Source of the DNA: Eledone cirrhosa
Taxonomy: Eukaryota
Length of the DNA: 63,813 nucleotides
Direction of reading: 5' to 3'
Assembly (NCBI GenBank): GCA_964016885.1
Contig: CAXHJY010001636.1
Coordinates: 1-63,813, forward strand
In this document: one piece after another, positions 29,086-41,900 of the stretch
Position numbering within the stretch: position 1 is the first letter of the stretch
Layout of the letters: the number at the start of each line of letters is the position of its first letter
The notes under the pieces: model-generated
Told to the model about the DNA's origin: nothing
Seen by the model: the letters and a program-made list of their open reading frames with translations, nothing else
Databases searched by the model: none
Translations under genes and position numbers: made by a program

Positions 29086-29842
29086 GTATATACATCTTTT
29101 GGGGTTGCTATTGAGTATGAATTCTTACGGCATCTCTTTTCATTTGAGGATGTTGTGCCCCCGAGATTCGGTTGTCAAGAAGACGAAGTAATACAACAAT
29201 ATGACAGTACCATGACAAACTTCCTCCTCACCAACGACACTTCAACATAAGACATTGCCTCCTGGGCCACCTTAAAGCGGTGATTGGTTCCGCAGAATCA
29301 CTTCCTCCGAGTACCATTACGAAAGTGCATTTGTCGTGACATATCCCTTTGCAGGCAAACTCTTCCTACATTGTGCATCACACCGAAATATGTATAGTCT
29401 ATTTATTGTTCTTAGAACCCCATGTCCTGAATTACGCGAAAAACATCAAATCAAATTCTATAATGACAAGCTCTGGTCTAACATAACTGTTATTCTCCAA
29501 ATGTTTGGAATACTTACTTTTGATAAAAGTAAAATCAAAGGAAGATAGACAGAAACTACAAAGACATCTGGTTTCCCAATAAGCGCATTTTTCTGTGATG
29601 TGTGTATATATAAACATATAATTACCCATTATACACACATGTATATATCTATCTATATATTACTAAAAGTCTGTGATTGCTTGCTTGCTTGTCTATAATG
29701 TGATACTACCAAAATCGCGCGTAATGAGAAAATACTTTGAAAGGAAGTTGATACTGAAATGGGAATACAAAAGGAATAAAACAAATTTCGCGTAAATCGA
29801 AGCATGAGTTCCCGAGATATGGGGTTTTCTGGGTACCTTTAT

Positions 29843-29920
<78 letters not shown>

Positions 29921-29989
29921 TGATAAAGCGAAAGAGATAGTGGTTGTGCAAGAGAGACATAGAGAGAGAGAGAGGAGACAGAGAAGGAG

Positions 29990-30023
<34 letters not shown>

Positions 30024-30759
30024 CTGGTGGTGTTATTGTGTAAATATATGTGTATGTACATCTGTGTGTGTGTGTCTATGACCAGTGCATATAGTACACA
30101 GACACCCATATATATATATATATACACACAAACACACACATATATATATACACACATTTATATATATACATATACACACATTTATATATATACACACACA
30201 CATACATACATATATATATGTATGTATACGAACACACGCATTTATCCATATAAATACACACACGTGTATGGGCTTTCAGTTTCATTTCACATTATTACCA
30301 TGTCTGTGTATATTTTAATTATTCAAAAATTATTTTTAAGTGAAGATGATTTTTAAAACATATATTGAAGTGAACGTGACCCAACGGGTCATAGGTGGTC
30401 TAGGAATCACTATTGATTAGCCGTTGATTCTTCTCATTTCATTTCCATTAAGCGGGTTACCCTTTTTACACCGCATTGTGTCCCCAAACCATCCATATTT
30501 GCACACAGGCCTAGTAGGGTTGACTCTTTATTAACCAACGATCCGACTATACAACACTTTGCATATGAGAATTGGAATTTGCTAGTTTGTTAATTTCAGA
30601 CTGAACACAAATTAAACCTAATGTTAGATGTAAATTAAATAGCACTTAAATAAAACTATGCTGCCAAGAGTATATTTCACACCTGTCTTTATATCATTTG
30701 ACATACACATATAGGGAACAACGTTAAATTAAAAATATAATAAAAAACGAATGGAAAAA

Positions 30760-32069
30760 TAATGGTTTCTGATTTCGGAACAATACCAATAATTTTAGGG
30801 GAAAGTCGATTAAATCGACCTAAGTGCATTACTCGTACTTTATTTTATTGACTTCGTAAGGATGAAAGGAAAAGCTAACCTAGGCGGGATTTGAATTCAG
30901 AACGTAAAGGGCCATAACTGTATACCATAAAGCATGTTGTGAAAATAATTGTTTCTATTTTTGGCACAAGGCCAGAATTTAAAGGGAAATGAAAGCCGAT
31001 TAAACTGACCCCAGTGCGTTAGTGGTACTTTATTTTACCCATCCTGTAGGGGTGAAAAGCAAAGCTAACCTTGTCAGGATTTGAACGCGGAACATAAAAG
31101 GCCGTTACTCTATACCGCAAAGATGTTGTCTTACCAGTACCGCTGTCAGGGAATACAAAACGATAACACGCAAATATGAACTAGAAAAAGTCGGTGGGCT
31201 TGCCAATTCACCGCTATTTATCTATGGTAATAATTGTTTCTACATTAGGCACAAGGCCAGCAATTAGCCAGTGCATTACTGGTACTTTATTTTATCGACC
31301 CCGTATGGATGAAAGGCAAAGTTAACCTCGGCAGGATTTGAACTCAGATAGTAAAGGGACGTATCTATGCTGGAAAGCATGTCCGACCCTCTACCGATAC
31401 TGCCAATTCACCGCCCTATCTATGGTAATAATGGTTTCTTATTTAGGCATAAGGTCATAAGGTCATACGGTATGATAATAATTGTTTCTACTTTTGGCAC
31501 AAGGCCATTAATTACCCAGTGCATTACTAGTACTTAATTTTATCGACCCTGTAAGGATGAAAAGCAAAGTTAACCTCGGCGGTATTTGAACTCAGACCAT
31601 AAAGGGCCGTAACTCTATGCTTCAGAGCATGGCGTCCGACCCTTTACCGATACTGCCAATCCGGTAGTTGTACTAGATAGTGGTTGTTAAATTTTTAAAC
31701 AAACACCAACTCGCCAGCAACCGCTTACAGCTTTGTTATACAAAATCTCCAAATGTAAACTATTCATTTTATAATTACAAACGTTCTGTTATAATTGGCA
31801 GTATCAACCTTTAGTTGTTAGAATATGTTTCATACTCTATCTAAATAATGATTTCTACTATAAGTGGAGAGGGAATGATTTCTACTATTAGGTGGAGGGG
31901 AAATCCGATCAAATCGATCCAGCACGTGACTGGTACTTTATTTTATCGACCCCGCAAGGATGAAAGGCAAAACTAACGTCGGCAGGATTTGAACTCAGAA
32001 CTTAAAGGGGCGTAACTCAATGTCACTAAGCATATTGTCCGACGCTCTACCGATTCTGCCGATCCCCCA
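30760..32069 (-). mobile_element. Cluster of at least five same-orientation SINE copies (20248 family)
   Basis: Copies at about 30760-30940, 30944-31130, 31228-31415, 31475-31660 and 31875-32069, each with the 'ggtactttattttatcgacccc...ggatgaaaggcaaag...gatttgaactc' core. Confidence 0.88.
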
Positions 32070-32557
32070 CTTCTCTATCTAAATAATGAAAAGATCACTT
32101 ATTTCACTATTACCAATATTAATATACAGACCAGAGTTTAACTGAGACTCCGATAATGTGTATACAAGAGGATACATTGAGTGTATACGCATTGTAGAAA
32201 GAAATTGATAAATATTCTTAATCGAATATCTTTAATTAGGTCATTCATAAAACTATTTCAAGGAAATACGAGACCGGCCGTCTCATAAAGCATTGTAAAT
32301 GTTATAGTAATCACGAACGGACGTCCAAATTTACATATGTTTAATGCCTATGTTTGTAATTTACTTTATTATATATTTACGTTTGTACTATACAGCCGAA
32401 ACACACGTTAAATTTATATATGTAAATATACAGTTTAGAGTTATTGGAATTAATATGTGGAGAAATTGCGGTCGGTTATCGCAGTAATCTACAGCACAAA
32501 ACTAACTTCATGTAAATAACAACCCAAACATATATGTATATACGTATGTATGTATGT

Positions 32558-33245
32558 ATTTCGAGTCACTCTTGGGTGCTACTGGTATATGTAACCCAGT
32601 ACAACCTGTCGCATGGTCGGATCGTCGGCGACTAAACAGACAACCCCACCAAGTTTACTTGGTGAGGAGGGTGATTTCGGACAACCTGCAGGACAAAGAA
32701 CAAAACCTGGCAAAGGGTAGAAGAACTCATAAGAGTCAACGGTCATCAAAAAAGTGTGTAAATATGTATATACACATGTACATATGTATATGTATATGTG
32801 TATATACATAGGTGCATCTGTATGTATATGCGCGGGGACATAGAAATAGTCAGGCATGACACCTGATCGCGCGGTTAAACCACTGGGGATGAAGGTCCCC
32901 TAGCCTTTGTCAGGGCATTCTTCTAGAAGGCAACTCAGGAAACTGGGATAACTCCGATATAAAACCTGCAGCTCAGTAGTAACAGATGATGTTGATCTTT
33001 TCTTCTTTTCGGGTTATAGCTACTGTCGCACAGAGAGTGGGATTGGCTGTGCACAGTCTTTCCTCACTTTAAAAAATATCTTCACGATCAGGCATTGCAC
33101 GATTGAATTAATTAATAATTATTAATAATGGTACATCGTGCTATGGCCATACTCGGTAACGAGGGGGCAGCCATCATGTATGTATGTATGTACGTATGTA
33201 CGTACGTATGTATGTATGTATTTATGTATGTATGTATGTATGTAT
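32558..33245 (+). mobile_element. Probable non-autonomous RTE derivative (5'UTR-like part plus RTE 3' end and (TATG)n tail)
   Basis: 33142-33180 matches the 3' end of the RTE at 17031-17065; the upstream part resembles RTE 5' UTRs; (TATG)n lies on both sides. Confidence 0.5.
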
Positions 33246-33512
33246 AGATAGATAGATAGATATCTTTCTTTATTTGCCACAGGGGCGTACAAAAATGGGA
33301 CATTACAAGACGTGACGGCGGGGTTTTTACATAAAAATAACTTTAACATCAATAAATATCAATAAACTATATGTAATAAAATAACAATTGAAATCCCCAA
33401 TAGGGGGAACGTTACTGCAGGGTTGTTTTACACCCCGTAGATAGAACAACCCTCAACACCAGGAACACGTTTTGTAGGTGTTCCTGTCTTCCCTCTGTTT
33501 ATCTTCCTCAAC

Positions 33513-36500
33513 CTACAGGTTTATATACAGAGAAGGCCCATTCATTCGGGCCATTTTCGCCACATTCACCCACCTTTCAGCGAATTTATTGAGGTGTAGC
33601 ACCTCTCTCTCCACTCTCACCTCCCTTCTGAAGTGATACTTAAAGAAGAGGATAAGTTGTTGTCCTGAGGGAAAGGTATTTTCCCTCAGTCCTGTTAACC
33701 TCATCCACCATATTACCTCTTTTGCCATAGCCACCAGACAGAGGAAAACCGCTTCTCCTTCGTTCGGCGGGGTGATCCTCACGATGGACTCGGCTGACAA
33801 CTGGATGCGTCCCACACGTGACAGCAGCTGTTCGACATAATTCTACAGGTCGGTCACCTCTGGGCACTGAACAATTGCGTGCAGAACGGTTTCGATATCC
33901 TGCTCGCCTCTTGGACAGGTCATTTTGGCAGGATCTCTGCCAGGGTGTCCGTGCCTGTAGATTTTGTCTCGAATTGGTAGAGCTCCTAGGTAGCACTGCC
34001 AGGCCAGAGACCTCTGGAAGTTATCCATAGGCCCTGGTCAGTTCGTCCTCCTCGATGCCTAGAGTTACCCAAGAACGTCGTCGCACTTATCCTCCACTAA
34101 TCCCCTATAGAATGTCGAAGTGGAGTCTCCGCTGATTGCCGTTTCCGCTTGGTAGAGGGCTGTGAGCGCCTGTAGGCATTCAAGGTGCCAGGCACCCATC
34201 TTCGGTCTTCGCTTGACCCAGGACTGCAGCTCAGTTAATGAGTGAGACGAGTTGTGGAAGAGCTCGTCTCACAAACGACAGCCACACCGGTTCACCGGTC
34301 AGGAATACCTGGAGATGGCGTAGCCTCAGCGTGTGTTTGCGTATCATCAGCCACGGCACGCCCAGCCCTCCATTAGTAGGGTGTTGACAGCAGATGGATC
34401 TCCTCACCAATGGAGCCTGTTTCTTCCAGAGGAACTTGAAGAGTAGGCGTTCCATTTTAGTAAGGTATTCGCGGGGGCAAAGCATGACTGTCCAGCGGTA
34501 GTAGATGACGGACGCTATGTAAGTGTTCTCCACCTCCGGTCGACCTTTCAGGGAGAGTTTGTACTCAGCCCACTTCTGGGTTAGTGCAAACACCTTCGCC
34601 GTGACCTCATTCCAGTTCTTGTCCTCCTGGAGGTCTGGACCAAACCAGACCCCGAGCAATTTCACCGGTCCTTCCGCCCAGCGTCCAACGACTCTGTCGG
34701 AAGGCATGGGCTTGCCCCTCCATGTGCCGAGTTGCAAACCTTAGACTTGTATGGGTTTAGTCTTGCTCCTGTCAACGTTTCGTATTCCTCTAATAGGTTG
34801 CCGATTACCCCGATTTCCGAGGGTTTCGACACCATTACGGTTATGTCGTTGGCATAGGCCGACGCTGCTTTCCGCAGTCCTGGTTCGATCGGGATGCCCT
34901 GCAACAGCTACAACTTCCGCAGTAACGGCTCGAGAATCAGTACATACAGAATGGAGGAGATAGGGCATCCCTGACGGCTGGAACGCATGATTTGGAATGG
35001 CTCTGTTAAGTAGCCATTCACCTTGATTGCCGAGCAGATGCTGGTGTGCATCGCAGCGATCCAGCCGCTGAAGACACGACTGAAGCTGGTCGCCTTGAGA
35101 ACTGCTTCCAAGTAGTGATGGTCGACCCTATCAAATGCCTTAGACTGATCTAAATTGATCAGAGCCCCACCGAAGCCAGATTTACACCCTACCCTCTCTA
35201 TGATGTATCGCCTGAGATGGAGGTTGTCGCATATGGACCTGGTCGAGATTGCACACGTTTGGGCTTCCCCTACCAGGTTCTCGACGACAAGCACCAGCCT
35301 TGCTGCTAATACCTTGGTCAAAATCTTTAACTCTGTGTTGAGCAGTTATGGGCCTGAAATTGCTTATCTCATCCCCGTTGTTCTCAACTTTCCTGATCAG
35401 CGTTACTACGCCTCTGCCTGCAGTAGACCGCTTCGAGGACGCCAGAGAAGAAGATGCCTATGTAAAACTCATAGGGTAGACCATCTAAACCCGGTGATTT
35501 GAGTTTCCCGCAGCGGCCTAGGGCATCTTCTATTTCGCCCACGGTGATCGGTCTTTCGCAGCTCCCTGCATCTGTGCTCGAGAGTCGCGGTACGCCGGCG
35601 AGGTAGGGGCTGAAATCCATCACCTCGCTCGATGTACCTCTTTGCCCGAACAGTTGTGCAAAATGCTGCTTGAAGGCCGTGCACATCTGCTTGGATTTAA
35701 GTATAATGCGTTTATCTTTGTCTTGCAAAGACCGAATTGTGGATTTGTTGCGACTTTTCTTAGAGCACGTGTTCTACTTCTGACAATACAACCTTCGTGT
35801 TTCACGTTCAAGAACTGGTCTAATGGCCCTCTCACTGCTAGCACGTCAGCTATACTGCCGTTCCTAAGTGCCTCTTCTATTTTAGCTACCAGTTCCTTTT
35901 CAGTTTTTTTTTTTTTCTAAAGCTACTTCCTTGCTAAATGCTATCGATTCTATTCTAATTGCTCTCTTGAGAGAGCTCCACCACCTGTTGTTGACGATCG
36001 CCCCCGTCAACTGGCACTTAACTGAGGTGCTAATCCGTTTAATGTAGGCCTTGCGCGCCGGGAGCGACATGTTTAGCTCCCAGTATCCGGATCCTTGTCT
36101 ATGTGTTCTATCAAGGTTGACTACGCAGGTGACGAATTTGTGGTCTGAATAGGCAACCAAGTGCATTTGTGGACAGCTTAATGTTTCCTTATCATTCTGT
36201 CTATTTCAAAATCTATCTAAATACGATCTAGAAGACCCAGTGCGGTTGCTCCACGTCCACAGTGGTGCACTTGGGAAGTCTAGTCAATATCTATCAGCCA
36301 GTTGGAATTGGCTGATGAGTTTTTGAGGCTATTACGCCCCCCTCTATTATCACAAGCTCCTACATAGTCCCAACGTGCATCTAAGATGCCATTCCAGTCC
36401 CCCGCTAACACTAAGAAGCGAGACGTTCCCAGGAATGGCTCCAGACGCTTGAAGAACTGTTGTCACGATGTCCCAGTCGGGGCATATACGGCCACCAGTC

Positions 36501-36819
36501 TGAAAGCTCCACCTTCACTACCATTCACGTCCAGGACCACCAGGATGCCCTCCGCATCCAAGTGAATCGTCTGTATTTTGAGATCCAAGGTTTTTCGAAA
36601 CAGAACAGCAACTCCCTCTCCACTTCCTGACTGACAGAGAGATGCGTAGATCTCAAAATCATCGAACATGGGGGTTAGCTGCTGCTTGTCGTGAATTCTG
36701 GACTCGGTGATGGTTATCACATCTATACAATGTGACCTGAGATCATGTAAATGCTGGCCCTGTTTCCAGGACATGCCCAGGCCACGTACATTCAAACATC
36801 CAGCTTGTATAGTCGCCAT
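33513..36819 (-). pseudogene. Copy A ORF2 (APE endonuclease, RT, C-terminal CCHC), multiple frameshifts
   Basis: 'CLNVRGL', 'YSDHK', 'KSPGLDGLPYEFY', 'LDQSKAFDRVDH', 'RQGCPIS', 'YAND', 'CPR...ETVLHAIVQC'. Confidence 0.92.
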
Positions 36820-36859
36820 GTTGGTGAAGAAGAGTTAAGGAGAGAAAAGGCAGGAACAC

Positions 36860-38733
36860 ATACATTTTCGTTTCCTGGAGGTCGGTTTGTTCGATCTCCA
36901 TGTCCAGATTGGTGGTGTTTGAGGAGGGAGGGAATCCTGTTAGCAGGACACGGTTAAAGGGGTTTTGGGCAAGGGGGAGCCCACATCATATGGGAAGTTC
37001 TCTTTTAAAGTTTCATACTTTAGGGTTGTTACCCTGGTAAGTTTGAGGTTTGGTGGTGGGTCGTTGGTGGGGAAGGTTTTCCCTTCCGTTTGTATTGTGG
37101 GGTCCTTTCGGACAGTTTCCACCTATTCTTTGTTACTTGTTTTTATGTATGTGTAATGTGTTTTGTTTTTTATGTATACTGTTTCTGTTTGTACTTTTCT
37201 TTTTGAGGTTGGGGTTTGTGATTGTGGTGGTGTGGGTGTTTGTTTTGTTGGTGAAGTGTTTGTTGTGTTGGTGGTGATTGTGTTTTTGGTGTGTTTGTCA
37301 TTTCTGGCGGTGTGTTTATTGTGGGGTTGGGTGTGTGCGTGTTTTCTGTAGTTGTTTTTGTGTATTTTTTATTGTTGTTTTTTGGATTTTTGGGGTTCCT
37401 CTTCATTCTCACATGGAGATGTAGAGGCTCCCGTGTCTGAGACTTCTGAATCAGGGGTAGATAGGAGGGTATGTTGTGTGGTGGAGGGTTTGTGCAGGTG
37501 TTTGTAGAAGTATTTGACAGGGAGGGAGGGGGAAATGGAGGGTTTTTCAGTGGGATTTTGTGTGTGTAGTTTCCTCTGGTCTGTGGTGGTGTGGGAGTGG
37601 ATGTTGCAGGTTTTTGTGTTGTGTTTGGTTGTGGGTGATGATGTTGGGGTTTTGGTGTTGGTAATAACACCTTCTTTGTCCTCGGTTTGTTTAAGAAAGG
37701 GCAAAAGGCCTTTAAGTGTGTGGTTTTCCCACAATTATGGCACTGAGGTCTTTTCGCCAACACTAAAATGTAGATGACATCTTCCTCAAGGAGGATCCTG
37801 TCCGGTATTTTCTCAACTCTCTCTGGCCTCATTTGTACCAGAACCTCGATGCAGGTTCCAAACCAGTTATTCCGGTCTGTCCTGTCTACAGATAGGAGGG
37901 TGTCCTCATCCTTCTTCAGGATGCAGCGTAGGATCCACCATATGTTGACTTCTGCTGGGATCCTGGTTATTTTTATTTTGTAGGATCTTCTTCCCATGTA
38001 TGTGGAGACGAAGATGTGTTGATCCATTTTTATTGGGTGTACCGAGTGTTTTTGTGCCAGAGTTTCGCTCTTAAAGAGCACTGAAACACTTCCATACTGT
38101 TTAACTCTTTGGCGGTATGTCACGTCTGGCTTGATATCTTTTAGTGCAGCTTCAATAGTGCTTGTTGGGAGCGTTATGGGTTTTTGGTAATGATGTCAGC
38201 TGTTCTATAGATTAGTTTCTTTTTCTGTGTCATCTCTCTTACTTGTGGGGGTATGTGTATGTGTGGTGTGACTCCCTCAAACGTCACATAGTTGGAAGCT
38301 TCTTCCAAATATTGGGACTTTTGGGAAATTTCCATGGAGTAGTATTTAAAATCCTGTTGCTTAGCAACTGTTGCTGCAAATGAAATTTTGTTATTGTTGT
38401 TGTTGGTGGTGATGATGGTCTCATTCGTTGTGTTGCCACTGATTCCTTTTGTTGTGTTGTTGTTCTCATTTATTGTGTTGTTGTTGTTGGGCGTGGTGGT
38501 GTTAGTGTTTGATACATATAGTTCCTTCTGTGTGTGGATATATGTGACCTTTGTGACGTCAGGCGTGTTCAGTTGCTTACAAGCAGCTGAAGCTTGTTCC
38601 TCTACTAAATGTTCAGGCGATAATGCTGGCATTCCTTTGTCAATGTCTGCTACTACCTGCTCGTCAAGTAGGCATGGCTTTCCTTTTCCATCTTCTTGTA
38701 TTGACAAAGAAGTAGGTGCTTTGCTTCAGCCAT
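36860..38733 (-). pseudogene. Copy A ORF1 (gag-like, zinc knuckle), frameshifted
   Basis: ORF pieces 38174-38707, 37170-38123 (CHNCGKTTHLKAFC) and 36940-37122; homologous to copy D ORF1. Confidence 0.85.
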
Positions 38734-38980
38734 ATTTTAAAATATTGAAGTGTTTTGCAAAAATATTTTCGAAAATATTTTGGATGTTTTTGCCCTGAGG
38801 GGCATGATGTTTTGGGAGACTGAGCAGATCAAAATTTGACCTGTTATGTCAGTCCCTCTACAAATTGGTATAAAATTAAAAGTTCACAATGACGAATTTC
38901 TAAAGAAATTTAAACAAAACTTACCGAGCAAGTTTAACACATGTGTCCATAACAGAGAGTGGGAGATAGATAGATAGATA

Positions 38981-41900
38981 TGTTTCTTTTATTTGCCACC
39001 AGGGCATCAAAAGTGGGACAAGTACAAAGGGGGGAGTTTGCACAAAAAGGCGTCCTCAATAAGGAGGAGGCAATAACAAAATATAAAAATAAAATAAAAT
39101 ATAACAAAAAATAAAATTTATAACAAAATCCTCAATAGAGAGAAGGCGCCTTGGGGGGTCGCACACACCCCCGAAAAAAGTGTGCAACCCTTTTCCTCAG
39201 GAGCACAGAGAGGGGGTGCTCCCTCGTTCCTTCCTCCTTTCCACCTACAGGCTTATGTAAAGAGAAGGCCTATTCACACGGGCCATTCTCGCCACTTTCA
39301 CCCACCTTTCATAAAAACGACTAGGGTGGAGCACCTGTCTTTCCATCCTGATCCTTCTTCCGAAATGATATCGGAAGAAACGGACCAGTTGTTGGCCAGA
39401 GAGAAAGGTGCCTGACCTCAGTCCTTTCAGACGCGTCCACCATACAACCTCTTTCGCCATGGCTATTACGCACAGAAACACCGCCTCTGCTTCATCTTTG
39501 AAGGGGGGAGGCGGCTTGATCATTACAATAGACTCGGTGGTCAACCGGATCGGTCCCACCCTGACAGCAATTGTTCGACATAGCCCCACAGATCGGCTAC
39601 GCCCGAGCAGTGTACCAATGCGTGTGCAACGGTTTCCTCGTCGCACACGCATCTAGGACAGATCTTTTTGGCGGGGTCCCTACCCGGGCGCCCGTGTCTG
39701 TAGAGCCTTTCTCGAACGGGTAAAGCGCCTCGGTAGCACTGCCAGGCCAGGGACTTCTGGAAGTTGTCCATAGGTCCCGGGCTGAATGTCCTACCGAACA
39801 GGATGGCCAGTTCGTCCTCCTCCATGTCTAGGGCTTCTCCGAGGGCGTCGTCGCACCTGCTGCGTACCAGCCCTCTATAGAATGTTGCGGTGGAGTCTCC
39901 ACTGATAACCGGATCCGCCTGCCAGAGGGCGGTGAGCGCCTGGGCACACTCAGTGTGCCAGGCGCCCAGTTTTCTCGGTCTTTGCTTGACCCAGGATTGC
40001 AGCTCGGTGAGTGAGACGAGTCTGGGAAAGGTTCGTCTCACAAACGAGGCCCACACCGGTTGACCGGTGAGGAATACGTAGAAGTGCCGTAGCCTTAATG
40101 CGTGTTTACGCATCATTAGCCACGGCATCCCCAGCCCTCCTTTCGAAGGGTGTTGACAGCAGATGGATCTCCTCACCATAGGAGCCCGCCTCTTCCAAAG
40201 GAATTGGAAGAGTGCGCGCTCCATCTTGGTGAGGGTTTCCCTTGGGCAGGGCACTACGGTCAGGCGGTAGTAGATGACGGACGCTATGTAGGTGTTCGCC
40301 ACCTCCGCCCGACCTTTCAGGGATAGTTTGCAACTGGCCCACTTCTGGGTCAGTGCAAACACCCTGTTCGTAACCTCCGCCCAGTTTTTCTCCACCTGGA
40401 GGTCCGGTCCGAACCAGACCCCGAGCAACTTCACCGGGCCCTCCGTCCAGCGTCCGACGACGCCATCGGAGGGCATCGGTCTGCCCCTCCACGTGCCGAG
40501 TTGCAAACCGATTGACTTGTCCCGGTTCAGCTTAGCCCCTGTGAACCATTCGTACTTCTCCAGTAAGGTGCCGACCGCCTCGATTTCGGAGGCCGTCGAC
40601 ACCATTACTGTCACGTCATCGGCGTAGGCCGACACCGCTTTCCGCAATCCCGGTTCCAAAGGGATGCCCTGCAACAACTCCAACTTCCGCAGTAGTGGCT
40701 CGAGAGTCAACACATACAGAAGAGAGGACAGAGGGCACCCTTGTCGGATGGACCGCGCGATTTTGAACGGCTCCGAGAGGTAGCCGTTCACCTTGACCCT
40801 AGAGCAGATGTGGCTGCTGTGCATGGCATTGATCCAGCCCCTGAAAACGGGTCCGAAGCCTGCCGCCGCTAGCACCGCATCCAGGTAACCATGGTCGACC
40901 CTATCGAATGCCTTAGATTGATCCAAGTTGATCAGGGCCCCACCAAAGCCGGGTTCGTTCCCAACCCTCTCTATGATGTATCGCATGAGGTGGAGGTTAT
41001 CGTGGATGGACCTGGACGGGATAGCACATGTCTGCGCATCTCCCACCAGGTTGCCTACGACAAGCGCCAACCTCTTTGCTAGCACCTTGGCCAAAATCTG
41101 TAACTCTGTATTTAGCAGAGTTATGGGCCTGAAGTTACTTATTTCGTCACGCTTGTTCTCGTCCTTCCTCACTAGCGTGACTGCGCCCTTGGTCACAGTA
41201 CAGGGAATTCTCCCGTTCTGTTGCCAGTTGCAGTAGACCGCCTCGAGGAGATCGGGGAACAAGTCCGGCATAGCTAGATATAATTCGTAAGGAAGACCAT
41301 CGAGACCCGGGGATTTGCGTTTGCCGCATTGGCTCAGCACGTCCTCTATCTCAGCGGCCGAAATCGGCTCCTCGCAGGACTTCGCCTGCCTGTCCGAGAG
41401 GCGCGGCAGGCCCTCGGGGTATGGACCGAAGTCCACGTTCCCAACCGGCTCCCCGCCCCTCCCGAACAGTCGGGCAAAGTGCCTTTGAAAGGCCTCACAC
41501 ATCTGCTTAGGCTCAAGAATCGCCCGTCCATCCAGGTCTCGCAAAGACCGGATGGTGGATTTAGTTACACTGTTGGCCTCTGTCACGCGGGCCCAGCTAA
41601 CAGCTTTGGTCCCCTCGTTCCCTAGAGCACGTATTTTACTTCGGACAACGCAGCCTTCGTGCTTCGCGTCGAAAAACTTGTTCAAAGCCGTTCTCGACGC
41701 TAGCACTCTGGCCACGTCGCCGCTTCTAATAGCCTCTTCTACTCTATCTATTAGCTCCCTTTCCTTCCTATTCCTATCCGCAGCTAGAACCTTACTAAAT
41801 TCTATCGAGACTACTCCAATCTCTCTTTAGAGATACCCACCACCTGCTGTTGACGATCGCTCCAGTCAACCGTTCCTTAACTAACGTACTAATCCGATCC

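Larger units (their letters stand above)
33263..38964 (-). mobile_element. Tx1-clade non-LTR retrotransposon copy A, full length (about 5.7 kb), decayed
   Basis: ORF1 with a CCHC knuckle, ORF2 APE-RT-CCHC, AATAAA at the 3' end; bounded by (GATA)4 at 33247-33262 and 38965-38980. Confidence 0.93.

Noticed and set aside
29080-29590. Possible Penelope GIY-YIG remnant (similar hint at 59850-60530)
   Set aside because: The motifs are too degraded to support a call by eye; a profile search is needed.
39120-39244. Conserved coding extension in the Tx1 3' UTR (PEEKGC-like in A and B)
   Set aside because: The frame is broken by stops in C and shifted in D; the conservation is better explained by RNA hairpins.
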